From a virus (lineage: Duplodnaviria; Caudoviricetes), in the IMG/VR virus record IMGVR_UViG_3300020577_003668, positions 41,546 through 105,545 of that record: 64,000 nt of DNA, one strand, 5' to 3'. The first letter of the stretch is position 1. Every line of letters starts with the position of its first letter. Made by a program: the position numbers and the translations under genes. Under the pieces are notes generated by a model. The model did not search any database. It was not told the origin of the DNA and saw nothing but the letters and a program-made list of their open reading frames with translations. Of this stretch, positions 15,774 through 23,401 are shown in pieces.

Positions 15774-15774
15774 A

Positions 15775-15850
15775 CTCTCATAAGTGTTGCCTGATGGCAT
15801 ACTGCGTTTGGGGCGCAGTGGGGAAGGTTTGAATCCTTCATGGGAGACCA
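15775..15850 (+). tRNA. tRNA-Pro(UGG)
   Basis: ctctcat/atgggag + ACCA; ctgcg-TTTGGGG-cgcag. Confidence 0.9.
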
Positions 15851-15908
15851 ATTAAAAAAATTAACTTGATTTTGTGCTGCATTTCAAGTATAATGATTAC
15901 TAATCAGT

Positions 15909-15984
15909 GGGATTGTGGCGAAAGGGTTATCGCATCACCCTTTTAAGGTGTAAGTTATTGGTTCGAATCCAATCAGTCCTACCA
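15909..15984 (+). tRNA. tRNA-Lys(UUU)
   Basis: gggattg/cagtcct + ACCA; loop CT-TTT-AA; own promoter 15866-15894. Confidence 0.92.
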
Positions 15985-15991
15985 AAGAATT

Positions 15992-16134
15992 ACCGAGCAT
16001 TTTAGCTGGCGCTTCCGACAACCTCCGGATAGGCTACTATGTGTGTTAGAGGTGACGCGAGTAAGTGGCGATCTCAAGGGCCTAGCGTTAATGCAACGTA
16101 TAGGATATCCAAGTATCAAAACCTCGTTCGGTGT
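15992..16134 (+). ncRNA. Putative structured ncRNA
   Basis: Closing stem accgagc/gttcggt; contains acctccggatagg, also seen near 21422. Confidence 0.4.
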
Positions 16135-16207
16135 AGTGAGCTAATTTTGTATTTTTTACGAGTTCACTTTAATCTCTAGACGTTAAAAACCCTTAGTTCG
16201 CTAAGGC

Positions 16208-16280
16208 GTGATCTTATCTCAAGTGGAAGAGAGCAAGGCTGTGAACCTTGTAAGTACGATTTCGACTATCGTAGATCACC
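16208..16280 (+). tRNA. tRNA-His(GUG), lacking encoded G-1 and CCA
   Basis: gtgatct/agatcac, C73; caagg-CTGTGAA-ccttg; preceded by C, followed by CCT. Confidence 0.82.
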
Positions 16281-16300
16281 CCTTAACGAATTAAATTTAT

Positions 16301-16376
16301 TGCGGGCGAGGAAGACGGCAATCCAGCAGGCTCATAACCTGAAAATACTCAGTTCAACTCTGAGGCTCCGCAACCA
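16301..16376 (+). tRNA. tRNA-Met(CAU), initiator-like acceptor
   Basis: tgcggg/tccgca + ACCA; cagg-CTCATAA-cctg. Confidence 0.85.
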
Positions 16377-16595
16377 ATAAATAGCATAGGCGGTAGCATT
16401 ATGCGTAGGTGAGACTCCTACAACTAATTAAAGACTTAAGGTAACGAATATACGTAGGCAGGATGACCGGATCAAGTCGCTTCGGCGAATGAGAGTTCAA
16501 ATCGAACTTGTTCTTGTGAATAAGCCCATGCGCGGTGACGTACTTTTCGCGGAACTGAGGATACTGCGCTGGTAATTGTCGCCCTCATTATTTTA

Positions 16596-16667
16596 GCGGC
16601 TAAGGTGTTTATGGACGCACGTTAGTCTTCCAAACTTAAGGAGTCGGATCGTTACCGACTAGCCGCT
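16596..16667 (+). tRNA. tRNA-Gly(UCC), no encoded CCA
   Basis: gcggcta/tagccgc, U73; loop CT-TCC-AA. Confidence 0.88.
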
Positions 16668-16674
16668 CATCTAT

Positions 16675-16740
16675 AAGACGAAAAGGGTAGCTCCCCTGTC
16701 ATTGCCTATATCAATGACTAGTCTTTTCTTATATAGGAAG
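16675..16740 (+). promoter_or_regulatory. GAAAAGGGUAGCUCCC pseudoknot motif, copy 2
   Basis: P1 aagac/gtctt, P3 gtcattg/caatgac, pseudoknot cctatat/atatagg. Confidence 0.85.
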
Positions 16741-16744
16741 AATT

Positions 16745-17464
16745 ATGACAATAGGAATATACTCTCTTTATTGGGAGAAAGAAGACTTAGTTTATGTTGG
16801 GCTGTCTCAGAATATAGAAGATAGATACAGAGAACATATTCTAAAAATGAGAAAATTAAAGCATTCTAACTATAAAGTGCAGAATGCATATAATTTATAT
16901 GGAATACCCAGACTAGCTATATTAGAAGAATGTAGTATACCAGAATTAAACGATAAAGAAATCTTTTGGACAAAAGAATTTAATTCTATTAATGCTGGGT
17001 TAAATATAGTAGAGGCAGGCGAAGTAGGTTGGGGTGTTAATTCGAATGCATCCAAATATACTAAAAGACAAATATTAAAAGTATTTGCTGTATTATACAA
17101 TACTTTTAATTCTGCCGAACAAATAGCTAGTAGGTGCGGAGTCCCTACGTCTTTTGTGCACACTATCTCTAAAGGAGATAGTCATAAGTGGTTGGAAGAT
17201 GAATACCCGCAACAATTTGCAAAAATGCGTAAAATTGCTGAGTCGAGGGTAAGACAGAAATTTTCTTCTGATATTATCTATATTAAAAACAATATAGTAT
17301 ATCTAAAAAGTCCTACTGGTGAAATAGTAAAAATAGATACCTCTATACGTGAGTTTTGTAGAAAACATAATTTAAACTCAGGCCCTATGTCTGAAGTTAT
17401 AAAGGGCCAGAGAAATCAAAATAAAGGGTGGACTTTACATGCCCATTCTAAGAAAGAGGTATAG
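16745..17464 (+). CDS. GIY-YIG homing endonuclease
   Basis: IGIYSL..VYVGLS..R..H..E..GLN; paralog of 8517, 34387 and 43026. Confidence 0.92.
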   Translation: MTIGIYSLYWEKEDLVYVGLSQNIEDRYREHILKMRKLKHSNYKVQNAYNLYGIPRLAILEECSIPELNDKEIFWTKEFNSINAGLNIVEAGEVGWGVNSNASKYTKRQILKVFAVLYNTFNSAEQIASRCGVPTSFVHTISKGDSHKWLEDEYPQQFAKMRKIAESRVRQKFSSDIIYIKNNIVYLKSPTGEIVKIDTSIREFCRKHNLNSGPMSEVIKGQRNQNKGWTLHAHSKKEV

Positions 17465-17503
17465 TACGACCCGCAAATCAGTACTGCAAATAGAGATATT
17501 TGC

Positions 17504-17588
17504 TCCAAGGTGGCCAGAGTGGTAATGGTCCTCGCTGTTAACGAGATATGGTTAACTACCTTCGTAGGTTCGATCCCTACCCTTGGAG
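17504..17588 (+). tRNA. tRNA-Asn(GUU) with long variable arm, no encoded CCA
   Basis: tccaagg/ccttgga, G73; loop CT-GTT-AA; acceptor extended by agatatttgc/gcaaatatct. Confidence 0.88.
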
Positions 17589-17609
17589 CAAATATCTTTA
17601 GATACTACT

Positions 17610-17755
17610 AATAATTAAGTATTCTTTTGGGTATGAGTGTTAGACGTAACACCTATGGGCCTGTTCTGGCGAGGAACTACCCTGATATAACTGTCTAGTC
17701 GCTATGGGATGAAAGCATCAGACCCCTAAATAGGACATAAGAATACTTAATTATT
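17610..17755 (+). ncRNA. Stem-clamped unknown ncRNA
   Basis: Perfect inverted repeat ataattaagtattctt/aagaatacttaattat enclosing hairpins. Confidence 0.55.
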
Positions 17756-17777
17756 GGGCTTGTAGTATAGAATTATA

Positions 17778-17852
17778 GGGCTGTTCGTATACTGGGTATT
17801 ACTTCTGTTTTGCATGCAGAAAAAGGCGGATCGTAACCGCCACGGTCCACCA
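17778..17852 (+). tRNA. tRNA-Ala(UGC)
   Basis: gggctgt/acggtcc with G3-U70 + ACCA; loop TT-TGC-AT. Confidence 0.92.
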
Positions 17853-17855
17853 TAT

Positions 17856-17922
17856 TAAGCGAAAAGGGTAGCTCCCCCGCTGTTGCCAACTCAACAGCTA
17901 GCTTATTAGTTTCTAGTTGGAG
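17856..17922 (+). promoter_or_regulatory. GAAAAGGGUAGCUCCC pseudoknot motif, copy 3
   Basis: P1 taagc/gctta, P3 gctgttg/caacagc, pseudoknot ccaact/agttgg overlapping GGAG. Confidence 0.85.
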
Positions 17923-17928
17923 ATAAAA

Positions 17929-18429
17929 ATGATTATAAAAGAATTTGTATCTAAGGATACATCTAATAGAACTCGTATGTTTTTAGAACTTCAATGCGAA
18001 GTTTGTAAGACTATATTTAGTAGGCAAAAAAGACTAGTAAATACACATACGTGTTCTGCTAAATGTAGAAATGCCTTTACAGGTATAACTGTAGAATTAC
18101 AGTGTGATAACTGTGGGGTACCTTTCTTTAGAGCTAAATCTAAACTAGATAATTCTAAGTCTGGTAAGTATTTTTGCTGTAGACAGTGTAAAGATACTGC
18201 ACAAACATATATGGAAGAAATAAGGCCGGAACATTATGGTAATGGTAGAGCTTCCTATAGAGAAAAAGCTTTTAGACATTATAAACCTATTTGTACAAAA
18301 TGTGGTTTTTCTAATAGATTAGCCCTAGAAGTTCATCATAAAGACAAAGATCGTAATAATAACGAAATAGATAATTTAGAAATATTATGTGCTAATTGTC
18401 ATAATATTTCTCATGCTCTTTTAGCTTAG
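17929..18429 (+). CDS. HNH endonuclease with zinc-ribbon repeats
   Basis: Multiple CxxC; LEVHHKDKDRNNN..NLEILCANCH. Confidence 0.92.
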   Translation: MIIKEFVSKDTSNRTRMFLELQCEVCKTIFSRQKRLVNTHTCSAKCRNAFTGITVELQCDNCGVPFFRAKSKLDNSKSGKYFCCRQCKDTAQTYMEEIRPEHYGNGRASYREKAFRHYKPICTKCGFSNRLALEVHHKDKDRNNNEIDNLEILCANCHNISHALLA

Positions 18430-18489
18430 TGGAAAAGCCCCTACTTGGTATGTAGGAGAGCGTTAGTTCGATTCTAACATAGAGCACCA
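18415..18489 (+). tRNA. tRNA-Thr(GGU)
   Basis: gctcttt/atagagc + ACCA; cctac-TTGGTAT-gtagg. Confidence 0.9.
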
Positions 18490-18597
18490 TATTACTATTA
18501 TTCGATCTGGATTCGTCTCGCTAACTACTGTAGTTTATGAGTCAGTATCGCAAATAGCTCATGGCGATAGAGTTACTATGCCAACTAATTAAATACT

Positions 18598-18909
18598 ATG
18601 AAAATTAAAGACTTGATCGCTGAACTGGAAGCATTGTATAATACATATGATGATGAATACAAAGAGATTATGGGCGAGCCTGGAATCTCTTTGGATGTGT
18701 TTAGACGAAAGTACCCAGGCAGTCCTAACCCTGATAGGTTATATGCTGGTATTACTGCTGATATCAAAATAGAAAAGTATCCACGTAACTGGTACGAACC
18801 AGTTATCAACGCTTTTGCGGAACCTTATGATGAAGATCACGATAAAACTGAAGAAGGCAAGAAACGTATTGGTAGTCCTTGCCCGTGGCCGCAAAGCTGG
18901 CAAACATAA
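18598..18909 (+). CDS. Hypothetical protein
   Basis: MKIKDLIAELE start typical of small phage proteins. Confidence 0.75.
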   Translation: MKIKDLIAELEALYNTYDDEYKEIMGEPGISLDVFRRKYPGSPNPDRLYAGITADIKIEKYPRNWYEPVINAFAEPYDEDHDKTEEGKKRIGSPCPWPQSWQT

Positions 18910-19134
18910 AATTTCTGCTAGAAAGCTGGCACGTAACGAAGTATGAAAAGAGCTCTAGGATTTATTTTTATAATAGGCTCAGCGTTAGCTAGCTAGTTAC
19001 AAAAGGGTTGCTGCACTCCGCAACTGTATTCATTATTCTAGCCTGCTCGTCATTTATATTGGCCGAGCTAGAAGATATTAAGGATAAACTAAAATGAAAG
19101 ATTTATCGCGACAGCAGTCGATCGCCGCATCTAA

Positions 19135-19209
19135 TGCCGGTAAATCGACTGTATCAGATACTTGGCTTTGACCCAAGGTAAGTAGGTTAGATTCCTACAC
19201 CGGCTGCCA
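19135..19209 (+). tRNA. tRNA-Gln(UUG), atypical D arm
   Basis: tgccggt/accggct + GCCA; cttgg-CTTTGAC-ccaag. Confidence 0.85.
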
Positions 19210-19215
19210 AACATT

Positions 19216-19292
19216 CCCACCTTCGTATAACGGATTTATTACACAACGCTACGAACGTTAAAATTGGGGTTCGATTCCCTAAGGTGGGTCCA
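19216..19292 (+). tRNA. tRNA-Arg(ACG)
   Basis: cccacct/aggtggg + TCCA; loop CT-ACG-AA. Confidence 0.92.
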
Positions 19293-19303
19293 TTAATTTT
19301 TAC

Positions 19304-19332
19304 TTGAATACGCCAAGTTATTAGCGTATAAT
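19304..19332 (+). promoter_or_regulatory. Promoter of the Y RNA/Ro60 operon
   Basis: TTGAAT-17-TATAAT. Confidence 0.85.
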
Positions 19333-19357
19333 AGATTTATCGGTTGAGAGATCAGCC

Positions 19358-19590
19358 AGCTAAAGTAAGCTCCTATTGTAGCGAGGTATTCAGTTACTTC
19401 ATATAATAGAACTGTCCTGTAAAACCTTGGAGATAATAAACTCTTTAAAGTTGGGACAAAAACAAGAACCTTGACAAACGCATGAAATAAAGCAAAGCTA
19501 ATGGAATACCGCTAGCTAGATAAGTGGTCAAGCAAAAATAACACTTATCGGTCCTGAATCGAATAATCTCGATAGGAACTTACTTTAGCT
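19358..19590 (+). ncRNA. Y RNA-like unit 1 (long cargo)
   Basis: agctaaagtaag/cttactttagct stem, TAGCG, attcag/ctgaat stem, TTACTTC. Confidence 0.7.
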
Positions 19591-19724
19591 GTAGCGACAT
19601 AGATAGTTACTTCTTGGTTCAACTCCAAGTTTCGGGGCTTTGAGTATTATGTACTCAAAGCCCCGAAACTGAGCATGGTGCTCAACAGCCAGCAATGGCT
19701 ACTATTTATAAATTTTACTCAGCT
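19587..19724 (+). ncRNA. YrlA-type Y RNA unit 2
   Basis: TAGCG..TTACTTC, then T arm cttgg-ttcaact-ccaag, looped acceptor-like stem, D-like arm (permuted tRNA order). Confidence 0.82.
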
Positions 19725-19731
19725 TCTTAAT

Positions 19732-19887
19732 ATTGTGTGGTGTTAGAAACGGTTACTTCATTTTGGATATGACTGTATGTGGGTTCGAGTCCCGCCGGCC
19801 CTAATAAATGTACTAAGTATATTTATTAGGGCCGTAGGCAAATTGGTAAAGCCGGTAAAAAGCTCTGTTTCGCCTTGTTCCCACAGT
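19732..19887 (+). ncRNA. YrlA-type Y RNA unit 3
   Basis: TGGTG..TTACTTC, loop TT-TGG-AT, T arm gtggg-ttcgagt-cccgc, looped acceptor stem, D arm taggcaaattggtaaagcc, 3' TTGTTC. Confidence 0.88.
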
Positions 19888-19897
19888 TTTTAAATAC

Positions 19898-20005
19898 GAC
19901 ATAGCGTATTATTAGTTACTTCACTCACCACTTTAGAGTATGAACTGGTTCAATCCCAGACAGAGCTAGTCGGAATTGCTCATTACTAATAAGTTTGTTC
20001 TTGTC
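19898..20005 (+). ncRNA. Y RNA-like unit 4
   Basis: gaca/tgtc, TAGCG, ttattag/ctaataa, TTACTTC, T arm ctgg-ttcaatc-ccag, TTGTTCT. Confidence 0.78.
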
Positions 20006-20032
20006 ACCTTCTAATTAATTAAAGAAAACAAA

Positions 20033-21364
20033 ATGTCTAGCCTAAATCGTACTGTATATCGCCAAAATATTACTGGTGCCCAAATGGCCCAGAATCATCA
20101 CGGCCTGAAGGTTACTGCCCTATCTCCTGAAGCCAAGCTGACTCGCCTAACCATGGCGCACATGCTTTGGGAAAAGCAATTCTATGTTGACGGACAGAAG
20201 TCCGCCGACCTAATGGCGTCCCTTGTTACCAAGGTGTCACCATCGTTCGTGTCCAACCTGGCTCGCCAGGCGCGCGATAAGTTCAAGCTTCGTCACGTGC
20301 CTCTGCACCTGATGCGTTCACTTGCGAAGTCAGGCGCTCTCAAGGCGGCTGATCTAGCTGAAGTGATCCAACGTCCGGACGAACTTTCCGAGTTCGTTTC
20401 CCTTTACTGGGCCGACAAGAAGCAACCTCTGTCCAACCAGGTTAAGAAGGGTCTTGCACTTGCCTTTGGTAAGTTCAACGAATACCAACTTGCTAAGTGG
20501 GATAAGAACTCCGCAGTGGTATCGCTGCGCGACGTGATGTTCCTAGCACACCCAAAGCCTGCTAACGCAGAGCAAGCTGCCCTTTTCAAGAAGGTAGCAG
20601 ACCAAAAGCTAGAAACCCCTGATACTTGGGAAACCAATCTATCTGCGGGTGCGGATAAGAAGGCTACTTTTACCACCCTAATGCAGGATGGTAAGCTAGG
20701 TGCGCTTGCGTTCCTACGTAACCTTCGTAACATGGTGGAATCTGGTGTATCCGAATCTCTGATTCGTGATTACTCCAAGACAGTTAACACTGATCGTGTT
20801 CTACCTTTCCGTTTCCTTGCGGCAGCCCGCATTGTTCCTCAATTTGAGGACATGCTAGAAGCAATGATGTTCCGTTCCTGCGAAGGTATGGAAAAGCTGC
20901 CAGGCAAGACTAAGCTATACGTAGACGTTTCCGGCTCCATGTATACCCCTAAGGTTAGTGAAAAGTCCGACCTAACACGTCAGGATGCTTCGCTTGCCCT
21001 AGCTATTCTGTGTCGGGAACTATGCGAAGAAGTAGAAATCTACAGCTTCAGCGGAAAATCTCTACGTATTGCCCCTCGCCGAGGGTTTGCTCTAGCAGAC
21101 GCTATCAAGACCAGCCAAGGCTGCTCTGGTACTCAGCTAGGACATAGTCTGAAAGAAACCGAATCTAAAGCTGATCGCATCGTTGTAATCACTGATGAAC
21201 AATCTAGTGATATGCCTTCTGCTCCTTTTGGTGGAGCCAAGGGTTACCTAATCAACGTAGGTAGCTATCAGAACGGCGTTAACCATAACGCCTGGACTAG
21301 CATTACTGGCTTCTCCGAAGCTGTATTTAGCTATATCCAAATGTTCGAACGCGAAGGCGTTTAA
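20033..21364 (+). CDS. Ro60/Rsr-like TROVE + vWA domain RNA-binding protein
   Basis: LWEKQFY, LRHVP, QRPDEL, FNEYQLAKW, LRDVMFLAHPKP, TWET, LRNLRNM, LPFRF, MIDAS DVSGSM and ITDEQ. Confidence 0.95.
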   Translation: MSSLNRTVYRQNITGAQMAQNHHGLKVTALSPEAKLTRLTMAHMLWEKQFYVDGQKSADLMASLVTKVSPSFVSNLARQARDKFKLRHVPLHLMRSLAKSGALKAADLAEVIQRPDELSEFVSLYWADKKQPLSNQVKKGLALAFGKFNEYQLAKWDKNSAVVSLRDVMFLAHPKPANAEQAALFKKVADQKLETPDTWETNLSAGADKKATFTTLMQDGKLGALAFLRNLRNMVESGVSESLIRDYSKTVNTDRVLPFRFLAAARIVPQFEDMLEAMMFRSCEGMEKLPGKTKLYVDVSGSMYTPKVSEKSDLTRQDASLALAILCRELCEEVEIYSFSGKSLRIAPRRGFALADAIKTSQGCSGTQLGHSLKETESKADRIVVITDEQSSDMPSAPFGGAKGYLINVGSYQNGVNHNAWTSITGFSEAVFSYIQMFEREGV

Positions 21365-21369
21365 TACCT

Positions 21370-21612
21370 TTTCCCAGTAATCGACGAGGCTAGTGCCGCA
21401 CTAGTACTGGGAATAAAAACCACCTCCGGATAGGTCGGGGTTCGACTAAACTAAGAAGCGATAAGAAACCACACGCTGGCCGGTGACATTGGTGGAAGCC
21501 TTAGGGAAGGGGTCGACAATTAGGGTCAAAGCCTTATAAATAAATCTCCATTAATGACTGACCTGTAGTCAAGCAGGACGTACCCCCCAGATGGGGGTGA
21601 GAGAACCCAAAG
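21370..21612 (+). ncRNA. Putative structured ncRNA after Ro60
   Basis: ttcccagta/tactgggaa and ccccc/ggggg hairpins; ORF-free. Confidence 0.4.
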
Positions 21613-21615
21613 CTT

Positions 21616-21710
21616 TAGGGCTTTGGTAAGTATTTAGCGTATGGAATAGGTACTTCACTTGTAACGAAACCCACCCTTTTCCGCTTGTTCTAATACTTTC
21701 CAAAGCCTTA
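21616..21710 (+). ncRNA. Y RNA-like unit 5 (minimal)
   Basis: ggctttgg.aagtatt/aatactt.ccaaagcc, TAGCG, TACTTC, loop CT-TGT-AA, TTGTTCT. Confidence 0.78.
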
Positions 21711-21789
21711 GCGATATAAACAGTTACTTCAATTTTTCCTTCCACGAAAACTCGCCGAAAGGCAGTACGCTGTTTAGCCTGATCTAGGC
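21705..21789 (+). ncRNA. Y RNA-like unit 6
   Basis: gcct/aggc, TAGCG, taaacag/ctgttta, TTACTTC, ASL ttttc-CTTCCAC-gaaaa. Confidence 0.78.
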
Positions 21790-21800
21790 CCCTATTAAAT

Positions 21801-21917
21801 CCTTAGCGAATTTATCAGCTACATCCGCCAGTGGGTAAGACCACACTAATCATCTAGAGGCTGTCAATGGAATAAACAGTCCAGTCGAAAGACTATCTCT
21901 GATATAATTGTTCTAGG
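21801..21917 (+). ncRNA. Y RNA-like unit 7
   Basis: cct/agg, TAGCG, tatcag/ctgata, CTACATC variant, TTGTTCT. Confidence 0.7.
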
Positions 21918-21929
21918 TGTATATTTATT

Positions 21930-22019
21930 ATGAAAAGAACTATTCTTGATTACTGCATCTACTTATTCATTCTAGCAGTAGCAATTTTTAGTGTAATTTA
22001 TCCCTTATGGCCGAAGTAA
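21930..22019 (+). CDS. 29-aa membrane peptide (not in ORF track)
   Basis: MKRTILDYCIYLFILAVAIFSVIYPLWPK; AGGT RBS-like element. Confidence 0.5.
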   Translation: MKRTILDYCIYLFILAVAIFSVIYPLWPK

Positions 22020-22028
22020 GTAATTAAT

Positions 22029-22121
22029 GGATGGCTGCTAGAGCGGCAATAGTCTGGTTTGCTAAACCAAGGATATTCGGGAAGACCGGGTACATAGGTT
22101 CGATTCCTATGCCATCCTCCA
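22029..22121 (+). tRNA. tRNA-Ser(GCU)
   Basis: ggatggc/gccatcc + TCCA; loop TT-GCT-AA; long variable arm. Confidence 0.92.
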
Positions 22122-22198
22122 AGCATTTAAAATTTAATCTTGATTTATTTGGCCCATTGCAGTATAATGATTACTCAATGGGCCAAACTATTTTTAGA

Positions 22199-22369
22199 AT
22201 GACTAAACTAATCAACGATTTTAATACTAAATTTAAGGGCTCAACGGCTCCTAAACCAAGACAAATCTATACAGGCACAGAAATGATCGGCATCGCTCAG
22301 ATTCCTAAGTCTAATGCGGTACCAGTTTTTAGCGCTAAAGAAGCGCAAGGCACTGTGAAGGTGAAGTAA
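22199..22369 (+). CDS. Small conserved phage protein
   Basis: YTGTEMIGIAQIPKSNAVPVFS motif; follows promoter 22140-22168. Confidence 0.75.
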   Translation: MTKLINDFNTKFKGSTAPKPRQIYTGTEMIGIAQIPKSNAVPVFSAKEAQGTVKVK

Positions 22370-22704
22370 GATTGTCGTAATTCGGATCAAGCAGATGTGG
22401 GCCAGACGGGGCTTCGCCGCCCCCACCTCCACCAGTTAGTATAGAGTATAGATGCGCATCTAGTAATAGGCTAAGACCTAACAGAAATGTTCTCTGTACT
22501 AACTAATGGGGGTGAATATGTTTTCGATGGCGCAAATAAGTGAGATACGCGACACGGTAGGCGATGACCGTTAATCAAGCAAAACCTTTAAATGCAGCAA
22601 ACGATGCATACTTCGGAGAAGAACGCCTAGCGGCGTAATCCCGATGTAGGAGCTATCCTATATCAAACAAAATAGTTGGAGCGGCCCTGTCCATAAACAG
22701 GGCT
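22370..22704 (+). ncRNA. ssrA: Permuted two-piece tmRNA
   Basis: Acceptor piece ends cacctcc-A-CCA (22434); hairpin spacer; coding piece starts GGGGGTG (22508) with G3-U70; tag AANDAYFGEERLAA* at 22594-22638. Confidence 0.92.
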
Positions 22705-22887
22705 ATATAAGAAATTAGTCTAGATGTAGGGTTGCGGTAACTTCCTAGCATCGAACAATCTAGAGCCGCAGGGTTTACCGACCAAAATACGAAATAGAAC
22801 GTCAGACTTGTAATCTGAAAATCCCATAAAGGTACGAAGGGCTTGCCTAGGGCATGTAGTTTAATGGATCGACTAATTTCTTATATA
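22705..22887 (+). ncRNA. Stem-clamped RNA carrying a Thr(UGU) anticodon stem-loop
   Basis: 17-bp inverted repeat tatataagaaattagtc/gactaatttcttatata; tcaga-CTTGTAA-tctga at 22802-22818. Confidence 0.6.
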
Positions 22888-23248
22888 AAAAAATACATTA
22901 CTAAAACTGAACTATACTTAACTTTCCTCACTAGGCAGGACTCTTACATGGAGAAAGTACCTGCTGGTACTATTCTTACATTAGTAAATGGAGATTTGTG
23001 CTATAATGGAAAAATTAGTATAGATAACCAAATTGGGCTTCTCTATCATGGATATATCGCAGAGTACCCAAAGACTCTTTCAGATGTTGCATCAGGATGA
23101 TGATCCTAATTGGCGTAGAGCTAGTGGCAATATGTATTGCTACAAATGTTTAGCACAATATAGGAAACATCCATACTTTGACGAGCAGTTAAGTACTGGG
23201 CATCCTATAGATCACCGTTTATGTAATGGTGATGTGGTACACTTATAG
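22864..23248 (+). CDS. Two short overlapping hypothetical ORFs (starts uncertain)
   Basis: ORF track 22843-23100 and 23033-23248; the second has CYKC..H..C. Confidence 0.5.
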
Positions 23249-23335
23249 GGTAGTTAGCCAAGTGGTTTACGGCACCTGACTTGAAATCAGACGGTTCGAA
23301 AGGGCCCGTGGGTTCGAATCCTACACTACCCGCCA
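23248..23335 (+). tRNA. tRNA-Ser(UGA)
   Basis: gggtagt/actaccc + GCCA; loop CT-TGA-AA; long variable arm. Confidence 0.94.
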
Positions 23336-23401
23336 GAATTCTCACTTGATACTAGTAGTGAATCAGTTTATAATAATTCTTTAATTGATCGAGAAATACC
23401 G

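Noticed and set aside
21420-21470. HDV-like (theta) ribozyme at acc-tccggata-ggt
   Set aside because: Could not find the required P1 and P2 partner strands
19358-21917. Repeat-spacer pattern as a CRISPR array
   Set aside because: Repeats are short, bipartite and degenerate with covarying stems; no cas genes; context fits Ro60/Y RNA
22031-22198. N-terminal extensions of ORFs 22031 and 25962
   Set aside because: They are tRNA-Ser genes and promoter DNA read in frame; better starts are 22199 and 26031
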